The notes under the pieces: generated by a model
The model's database searches: none
What the model was told of the DNA's origin: nothing
The model's input: only the letters and a program-made list of their open reading frames with translations
Assembly: GCA_964016885.1 (NCBI GenBank)
Contig: OZ024743.1
Span: 240,746,001 to 240,810,000 of the forward strand
Length of the DNA stretch: 64,000 nt
Source: Eledone cirrhosa
Lineage: Eukaryota
Reading direction: 5' to 3'
Shown here: positions 55,845 through 64,000 of the stretch, piece by piece
Layout of the letters: every line of letters begins with the position of its first letter
Position numbering within the stretch: position 1 is the first letter of the stretch
Position numbers and translations under genes: made by a program

Positions 55845-58307
55845 TTGTCCATCATCCATATCACAATGGAAAAACAATATTTAGGAACCTCCTTAAAAAA
55901 CATACCAATACCTTCTAAGGACGACTTCTTACTCCTTATGATTCAGAAAACTAATAATTTTATCAGAAGGGTTAGATGGAGAGCCTACCACTTCGATAGA
56001 AAATCTAAACAAGCAGATCGGAAATATATGTATGATTTCAATACTTACAAGAATCCACCACACAACTTTTTACTTGAAGACTTCGAGAAAGACCTTTTTA
56101 ATTTAATTAAACACCTCAAATTTAAAAAGTATAAATCCGTCTTTCAAAAGGACCTTGATTCTACCCTATTGGACCTAAAAAAGTCTAAAAAAATCCATGT
56201 CCACTCGGACAAAACTGGTAACTTGTATCATATGGATATTGAACATTATAATGAGTTCATATATAAAGAACTCAGAAAAAATTATAAAAAATCTAATAAT
56301 GTGTCACTCACCAACATCAACAACAAAACACACAACATAGTAAAAAAACTAAATATTGAAGATAGAACTGAACCTTTGGCTTTGAAAAGACCACACTTCA
56401 ACCTGAAAGATCACAAATCTAACTTTAACTCTAATCCTTCTATTAGACTTATATGTCCCTCCAAATCAGATATTGGAATAATTAGCAAAAAAATTTTAGA
56501 TAGAGTCATCCCACAAATAAGAAAATACGTTATTTTACCACTCTGGGAAAACACCTCCCAGGTAATTAATTGGTTTAAAAATATTAGGTGTAAATCTTCT
56601 GCTTTTTTCCTACAATTTGATATAGATAATTACTATTCTTCTATATCACCCATACTCCTGAACAAAGCATTAATATTTGCTAAAAATAGATCTAATTTAA
56701 CTTCGGATGACATTAACATTATTACACATGCTAGACAAACACTTATTGAATTTCAGAATGAATACTGGACCAGAAACACATACAGTAATCTTTTTGATAT
56801 TACTATGGGTTCAAGCGATTCCGCCCAAATTACTGATCTTGTGGGCCTCTTTCTCCTTTTCAACATAAATGCCTCTTTTCCCCACCTCAAAGGTGGTTTA
56901 TATCGTGATGACTGTCTTCTTCTTTCTAACAACCTTAGCCTTTCAGAAATCGAAAAAAACAAAAAGCATATTAGAACTTTTCTTAAAGACTATTATAATC
57001 TTAATATTACTTTTGAAAAAACAAGTAAAGTAGTAAATTTCCTAGATATAACTCTAGATTTAGCTACGGGTATATACCAACCTTACCATAAACCTAACCA
57101 AAACTTACATTACATACACTCACAATCTAATCACCCTAAATCTATCCTTAAAAACCTTGCATATAATATATCACTTAGAATTTCTAACCTTTCTTCTAAC
57201 CAAGATGTATTTGATAAAAATGCGACCTTTTATAATGAAGCTCTAGATAGAAGTGGCCACAAAAATAGATTAGAGTATATACCTTCTACTAAAAATACTG
57301 AAAGCATACAGCATAATATTACCAACAAACACCAAATGAAAAGTACACACCTAAATGCCACCCACAATATACCCCAAAATACTAAATCTTCTAATATAAA
57401 GTATAGTAACCCTCAAAAAACTACTCATCATACAACTATAATAAATATTAATAATAAAACTCCTAATAAAAAAGATAAAACACCTAAATCTACAAATATA
57501 ACTAAAAATAGTTGTGGTGAGATCATTAACATTAATCCTCCTAGTAAAAATCATGATACAACATATAAAAATAATAAAAATAATAAACAACATAGAAACC
57601 GTAATAGACGAGTTACTTGGTATAATGCTCCTTTTAATTTACAAGTTAAGGATAATATTGCTAAAAAATTTTTTTATATCCTTGAGAAAAACTTCCCGCC
57701 AAACCACAAATACCATCAAATCTTAAATAGGTCTACAGTTAAATTCTCATACTCTACAACAAATAACATAAAACAAAATATAAGTGCATATAATGCATAT
57801 AAATGTAAGAAAACCATAAGTATACCACCAGTACATCAAATTAACAATAATATCTCCTCAAATACAGAATTAACGAAAGGATGTAACTGTAGAAACAAAA
57901 CAAACTGCCCATTAAAAGGGAATTGTCTTGTTAACAACATAGTCTATAAATGTAATGTTAAAACTAAAGATTCTATTTGCTCATATATAGGAGCTACCTC
58001 TAACAATTTTAAGACAAGGTATAATACCCACAAACATAGCTTTAAAAATGCCGCACTGGCTAATACAACATCTCTAGCAGAAAAAATCAATAGTTATAAA
58101 AATAAAAATATAAAATATGATTTGACCTGGAGTGTGCTCAAAAGAGCCACCCCTTATCAAAATAATAGAAAGGAATGTAGATTATGTTCCCAAGAACTAT
58201 TTGAAATAATGAAGTCTAGGGATATCTTATTAAATAAACGACAGGAATTAATTATATCGTGTAATCATAAACTAAAAAAAACATTTAAATATTATAAACC
58301 TAATTAA
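55845..58307 (+). CDS. Penelope-like reverse transcriptase with C-terminal GIY-YIG endonuclease (probable ATG at 55866)
   Basis: 820 codons uninterrupted. Motifs SDKTGNLY, RLICPSKS, FDIDNYYSSI, FDITMGS, GLYRDD, VNFLDITL, YHKPN..YIHSQSNHP, CNCRNKTNCPLKGNC, NIVYKC..SYIGAT..FKTRYNTH, CRLCSQE..LLNKRQE. DKT and CxCx5C recall the Hydra PLE clade (from memory, needs phylogeny). Confidence 0.95.
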   Translation: MSIIHITMEKQYLGTSLKNIPIPSKDDFLLLMIQKTNNFIRRVRWRAYHFDRKSKQADRKYMYDFNTYKNPPHNFLLEDFEKDLFNLIKHLKFKKYKSVFQKDLDSTLLDLKKSKKIHVHSDKTGNLYHMDIEHYNEFIYKELRKNYKKSNNVSLTNINNKTHNIVKKLNIEDRTEPLALKRPHFNLKDHKSNFNSNPSIRLICPSKSDIGIISKKILDRVIPQIRKYVILPLWENTSQVINWFKNIRCKSSAFFLQFDIDNYYSSISPILLNKALIFAKNRSNLTSDDINIITHARQTLIEFQNEYWTRNTYSNLFDITMGSSDSAQITDLVGLFLLFNINASFPHLKGGLYRDDCLLLSNNLSLSEIEKNKKHIRTFLKDYYNLNITFEKTSKVVNFLDITLDLATGIYQPYHKPNQNLHYIHSQSNHPKSILKNLAYNISLRISNLSSNQDVFDKNATFYNEALDRSGHKNRLEYIPSTKNTESIQHNITNKHQMKSTHLNATHNIPQNTKSSNIKYSNPQKTTHHTTIININNKTPNKKDKTPKSTNITKNSCGEIININPPSKNHDTTYKNNKNNKQHRNRNRRVTWYNAPFNLQVKDNIAKKFFYILEKNFPPNHKYHQILNRSTVKFSYSTTNNIKQNISAYNAYKCKKTISIPPVHQINNNISSNTELTKGCNCRNKTNCPLKGNCLVNNIVYKCNVKTKDSICSYIGATSNNFKTRYNTHKHSFKNAALANTTSLAEKINSYKNKNIKYDLTWSVLKRATPYQNNRKECRLCSQELFEIMKSRDILLNKRQELIISCNHKLKKTFKYYKPN

Positions 58308-59772
58308 TAACATTATTCTAGAAATTAATTCAATTTAAATGTTAGTTAACCTATAAATTTAATTTAATTAATATTTTATTACAGATGAGAAAATATTATG
58401 TAATCATAAATTTTGAAAAACCTTTAAATATTACTAATATATACTCAGTAATTTAATCTATAGATTAATTTTAATTTATTTAAACCTTTTTATTAAAATT
58501 TTTTTTATTATAAAATTTTTTTTTATTATAATTCTTTTACAGATAAAATATAACAAAATAATATCATGTATCCAATGACGGTGAAAGAATTTTTAGTATT
58601 ATAGACCTAATTAATATACATTTTGGAAATATATTTATTATTTGGTTTTAATTTTAATCAACCTAAAACTTTAATTTTAATTTGCTTAAAATTAGTATCC
58701 TTGTACAGACGAATTGCAGAATGTCATGTAATCATAGAATGGGATGTGTTTTGGATATATACCTAGTTAATATATTCTGTGCAATTTTTTGAAAAAGATA
58801 TGTATATGTATATGTATATGTATATGTGTGTGTTATGTATGTGTATCTGTATGTATGTTTATGTGAGTATATATGTATATATGTGTATATATATGTGTAT
58901 ATATATATATATATATGTGTGTATATGTATGTATATGTGTATGTGTATGTATATGTATATGTATGCGTATTAATTTTGATTTTTATTTGCATATAATTAT
59001 ATTATGCTATTGATGAAATACAATATCTGCTTTATGTATTGTATACCTAATTAACATATACTAATTAACGTATACTATTGAAATAAATATATAATTTTTA
59101 ATTTAGTTAACATATAATTTATATGCTACTACCGATATAATACTTTATTTTATTTTTATTTGGGTTTCTTTTCCCTATTACTAAATTCATCTCCTAATAT
59201 TGATACCATAACGTTATTAACTTTAATTTAGTTATAATGTAATTAATAATCTACTACTGTTTGACTTCATAATTCTGCTTCAAATATTATAAACCTAACT
59301 AATTTACACCTTAGAAATCAATATGTTGACTATCTTTGGTTTAGTTAACATATGATTAATGGTATACTTATTTATTTTGAGATGCATAGATTTCGTATTT
59401 CCTAGCACTGAAAATATGTAAGAACATACATTGAATTAAGATACGGAAAATATTATATGTTTCTTGAAACATATATTTACTTTGATCCCCTTCTCCAAAC
59501 CCCCCCTTTCCCCCATACTATTATCATCTGTATTTGTAAGCGTATATGTATGAATATATATGTAGGTGGGTGTCTATATAGGTTTTGGTATTTATTTCTA
59601 AATATAAAAATACATATATGAGCATGTAAATATGAATGTAAGATTGAGTGTGTATATATGATTGTACATACATGTGTATGTATATATATGTATATATATG
59701 TATTATATATGTATGTGTATGTGAATGTGTGGTATGTATATGTGTATGTATATGTATGTGTGTGTATGTATG

Positions 59773-60063
59773 TGTATGCTTGTATATAGGAATTTATATA
59801 TGTGTATATATGTATGTATATGTATATGCGTGTATGTATATATGTGTATATGTGTCGTGTATATATTTGTATGTCTCTCTATTTATATGTTTATCTTCGT
59901 ATCTATGTGATATACGTGTGTGTGTGTGCACGTATGCATATGTATGTGTTTGTGTGTGTTTGTATGTGTGTGTGTATATATGTGTATGTGCGCACACTCA
60001 CATACACATATATATATATATATATGTGAGTGTGTATGTGTGTCTGTGTGTGTGTGTGTGTGT

Positions 60064-60114
<51 letters not shown>

Positions 60115-60254
60115 GATATATATATATATATATATATGTATATAGGTGTCTATGTGTGAATATATGTCTTTATTCGTATGTGTGTATTTATGTATGTATA
60201 TATTTATGTGTATATATGTATGTGTATGTATGTATGTATATATATATATATATG

Positions 60255-60287
<33 letters not shown>

Positions 60288-60570
60288 ATTATTCTTTATT
60301 TTATTGTAATATAACTTATGTGTATATGTGTATAAGTGAGGTTGTGTATGTATATATACTATGTGTATATATAAGAGTAATGAAATATATATATATATAT
60401 ATATATGTGCATGTCTGTTTTTTATGTGTGTGTATATATATATATATGTATGTCTATATATATATATATATATATGTATACGTGTGTGTATGTGGATATA
60501 TATATATATATATACATGTGGGTGTTTGTATGTGTATTTATGGTGGTATGAGTGTGTGGATATATATGTT

Positions 60571-60601
<31 letters not shown>

Positions 60602-60608
60602 GAGTCTA

Positions 60609-60663
<55 letters not shown>

Positions 60664-60931
60664 GTATGTGTATGTATGTGTGTGTGTATGTATATATATG
60701 TGTGTGTATGTATGTGTGTGTATATATATATATCTCTATTAATGCGTGTGTGTATGTATATACATATGCGTTTTTTTATTATTATTTTCATTTGTATGTC
60801 TGAGTTTGGTGAGGTGGTATTGTTTTTTATGTGTATACACATATATGGAAGCGTATGTATTTATTTATATGAGTATAAGTAGGTGCATATGTATGTATGA
60901 TTATATATCTAATTCTATGTATGAAGGTACA

Positions 60932-60965
<34 letters not shown>

Positions 60966-61009
60966 TGTGTATGTAAGTTGTGTGTGTATGTATCTTTATG
61001 TCTATGTGA

Positions 61010-61057
<48 letters not shown>

Positions 61058-61146
61058 CGATGTGTGTATATGTATGTACATGTATATACATGTATGTGTG
61101 TGTGTATGTGTATGTATATTTAGATGTATGGGTATGTATGTGTATG

Positions 61147-61203
<57 letters not shown>

Positions 61204-62364
61204 ATATATATATATATGGATATATATCTTTATTATCTATTTTTTATATATATGTGTATGTGTGTATGTGTTGCGCGTGTGTGTGTTGTGTATATATATC
61301 TTTTTATATGTGTATGTGTATGTTCGTGTAAGTGTATGTGTGTGTATGACTGTATACATATGTGTGTATGTGTGTATGCGTAAATATCTCTATGTGCGCG
61401 TACATGTATGTATGTGTATGTATATCTGTATGTGTATGTACATTATATTATATTTATTATATTTTATTGTTTTTATTTTTTTATTTTTCTTAATTTATAG
61501 ATACATTTATATTAGGCAGTCTGCTCTGACAATCTAATACTGACCCCTCCCCCCCCTCCCACCTAATTTCTGTATCTTGATCTTGAAATGTGTGTGCCAG
61601 TGTTTTATGTGAGTGACTTAATTTCTATTTGCTTATGATTTTATATCCACATATATAAATGTGAGTGGGGGAGTGTGTGTGTTTGTGTGTTAGTGGTTAT
61701 GTGTATATTTATGCATATACGCGCATGTATGTGTGATTATACTGATATGTGTGAGTATGAAAAAAATATATTTATATGCTTGACTCCATAAGTATCATTG
61801 CGCATCTTATCAGCGCATTAAGCTTACAGAGATATTAACCTTGAAATTTTGTGTTTGCATCCATCTTTTTAGTATGCACATACAAATTATACACACATTA
61901 TTGTAAAATATGTGTAAGGATTTTACATGTATATACACACACCAAACTGCTTTTAACCCTTTGTGTTTTCATTGGTCAATTTTGAACTGATATTTTGAAT
62001 TGTTGTTATTATCAATAAATATACTTCATTATTTCTGAAGACGGCGTATATATGTGTTAGGTATGTATATTTAATCTTGATAATTTGTATAATTTTGTAT
62101 AATTTTGTACATAGATCTGTTGAATATGCATACCAATTATAACACATATATACCCTAGAAACGATCGTTAAATAGTGAACTTTTTTTGTTTAATATAAGG
62201 AATTGTTTGTTCATTATTTGTTTAATATTTTATCTTGACTCTGTATACCGTTTATCTTTCACCGAAAGTGGATTTTCATTACATCTCTTCTTTCCATGAT
62301 ATCTGGAATACATTGAGTTCTTCATACGGATTGGACACTACCGTAAACTCTTGGTAGATTTATC

Positions 62365-62370
<6 letters not shown>
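59773..62370 (+). repeat. 3' pseudo-LTR (~2.6 kb)
   Basis: Direct repeat of 53108-55713, ends at (TA)n. Confidence 0.92.
62025..62179 (+). ncRNA. Type I hammerhead ribozyme with extended stem II (3' pLTR)
   Basis: Identical to 55368-55522. Confidence 0.88.
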
Positions 62371-62407
<37 letters not shown>

Positions 62408-62433
62408 TTTTTAAGCTTCATATCATGTCTCCC

Positions 62434-62504
62434 TATTTTATCTGATGAGAACGCAGATATCATCCCATGATGATATTTGTTTTTGAAATGCGCATAATAA
62501 AATA
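62434..62504 (+). ncRNA. Type I hammerhead ribozyme (family of 48846) in a ~140 bp (TA)n-flanked insert
   Basis: TATTTTAT-CTGATGA-GAACGCAGATATCATC..GATGATATTTGTTTTT-GAAA-TGCGCA-TA-ATAAAATA. Confidence 0.82.
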
Positions 62505-62534
62505 CCTGGAACTCTTTTAACCATCTTTTGATCT

Positions 62535-62588
<54 letters not shown>

Positions 62589-62595
62589 CCGTCGT

Positions 62596-62902
62596 ATACT
62601 TGCTTGACCTCCTGCCCTGCTGTAGTTGGCACTATCAACGCACGAGTGGGTTTCCTCCACTCCCTCTCCCTCTTTCTTCAACTGGCAAGTTCAGCTACCC
62701 CTTCCTTCCACAAATTGCCATGATAGAATTATGTGTCTCAACAACAAACTTTTGACCAATCCTTGTGACAATCACTTTTACCATATATGGAATTACCCCC
62801 TGAGAAGCTCGGCTATTCATATACCAGGATAAAAATTTTCATTTAGCCCAGAATTAGCCGTCGAAATGGCTTGAGCTCAGCCGTCGGGGTCCTACTCGTT
62901 CC

Positions 62903-62948
<46 letters not shown>

Positions 62949-63255
62949 AACGAGTAGGACCCCGACGGCTGAGCTCAAGCCATTTCGACGGCTAATTCTG
63001 GACTAAATGAAAATGTTTATCCTGGTATATGAATAGGCGAGCTTCTCAGGGGGTAATTCCATATATGGTAAAAGTGATTGTCACAAGGAATGGTCAAAAG
63101 TTTGTTGTTGAGACACATAATTCTATCATGGCAATTTGTGGGAGGAAGGGGTAGCTGAACTTGCCAGTAGAAGAAAGAGGGAGAGGGAGTGGAGGAAACC
63201 CAGTCGTGCGTTGATAGTGCCAACTACAGCAGGGCAGGAGGTCAAGCAAGTATAC
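62596..63255. repeat. Tail-to-tail inverted pair (~310 bp arms) around (TA)n, each arm with a variant HHR
   Basis: Arms reverse complementary with several substitutions; mirrored ORFs 62626+ and 63017-. Confidence 0.9.
62795..62890 (+). ncRNA. Variant type I hammerhead (core CUGA-GA lacking N7); mirror copy ~62958-63053 on minus strand
   Basis: ACCCC-CTGAGA-AGCTCGGCTATTC...GAATTAGCCGTC-GAAA-TGGCT(TGAGCTC)AGCCG-TC-GGGGT. Confidence 0.72.
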
Positions 63256-63524
63256 TAGGGAGGGGGAGGGGGGGGGAGGAAGTCGAAACAATAAGTAAAT
63301 CAATATGGAGTAAATATATAGAAGAATACCAAGAATGTTAAAAATATAAACAAAAATTTCTGGTTACTATTCCCTAACCACAGTCATCAAATCTCTCACT
63401 GGTCTGCTAACCTATAGAAAAGTTTACTAGGTGGGACGGAATTGTAGTGAGACCATTTTAAGAGTTAGTAGTAATCATCCGAGTATATCTTACGGTGACA
63501 GGTCAACAAGTGTGGGGCCAAAAT

Positions 63525-63825
63525 ACTAAAGAAACTACCACGAAATAATAATTCAGAGCCCCGAAACTAATACGAAATAATTGTCTCCACCCTAAGCACA
63601 AAGCCAGCAACCACCCAGTGCAAAACATAAACTAATACGAAATAATAATTCAGAATCCCGAAAATGAATACTAATACTATCTCTAACGGTGCCGCTACGA
63701 TACAGAAATTATAGTGCAAACTACATAAATGCTCGTACGAAGCATATGAAAAATTAGATACGGAAAATTAATTCAGAATCACTCCCCCCCCCCGCCAAAA
63801 AAAAAATCATGATATACGAGAAATT
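63525..63825. repeat. Degenerate short repeats (ACTAATACGAAATAATAATTCAGAATCCCGAAA)
   Basis: Motif recurs about 4-5 times with divergence. Confidence 0.6.
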
Positions 63826-64000
63826 AAAGCAGAGATACCACTAAGAAATGTAGAAAGCACGGAAATGGGGCAGCCATCGGATAAGAAAGCAAGTATCTGG
63901 GGTCTATCACATCTGCTATAAAAAGCGGAGTCGGCCAATTCTATCATAGAATAGGGGATGGGGTGGGGGTACTGAGGCTACAAAGGACTGAGGGGCTACC

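Larger units (their letters stand above)
52915..62370 (+). mobile_element. Full-length Penelope-like retroelement: inverted pLTR fragment + pLTR + ORF + pLTR, inserted in (TA)n
   Basis: 52915-53109 is the reverse complement of ~55384-55576. Direct repeats 53108-55713 and 59773-62370. Intact RT/GIY-YIG ORF. (TA)n on both flanks. Confidence 0.93.

Overview
AT-rich, microsatellite-dense eukaryotic intergenic or intronic DNA. Its repeat content (Nin-domain tRNA-derived SINEs, RTE and R4/Dong-type LINEs, huge (TA)n/(TATG)n tracts) suggests a cephalopod such as Octopus; this is an inference. No host protein-coding exon is recognisable, and most short ORFs are microsatellite translations. The main signal is a Penelope-like element (PLE) and hammerhead-ribozyme (HHR) system. 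(1) One apparently intact autonomous PLE (RT + GIY-YIG ORF 55845-58307) has two near-identical ~2.6 kb pseudo-LTRs, each carrying a type I HHR with a very long stem II, plus a 5' inverted pLTR fragment. (2) About 15-20 further HHR motifs, found by eye, sit in roughly ten sequence-unrelated small non-coding elements inserted in (TA)n tracts, mostly as palindromes. (3) A retrozyme-like direct-repeat unit (27316-28149) has two HHRs that would release a 485-nt RNA. Also present are degenerate LINEs, SINEs, MITEs, a Helitron-like element and minisatellites. All structures were derived by manual reading and need computational and biochemical confirmation.
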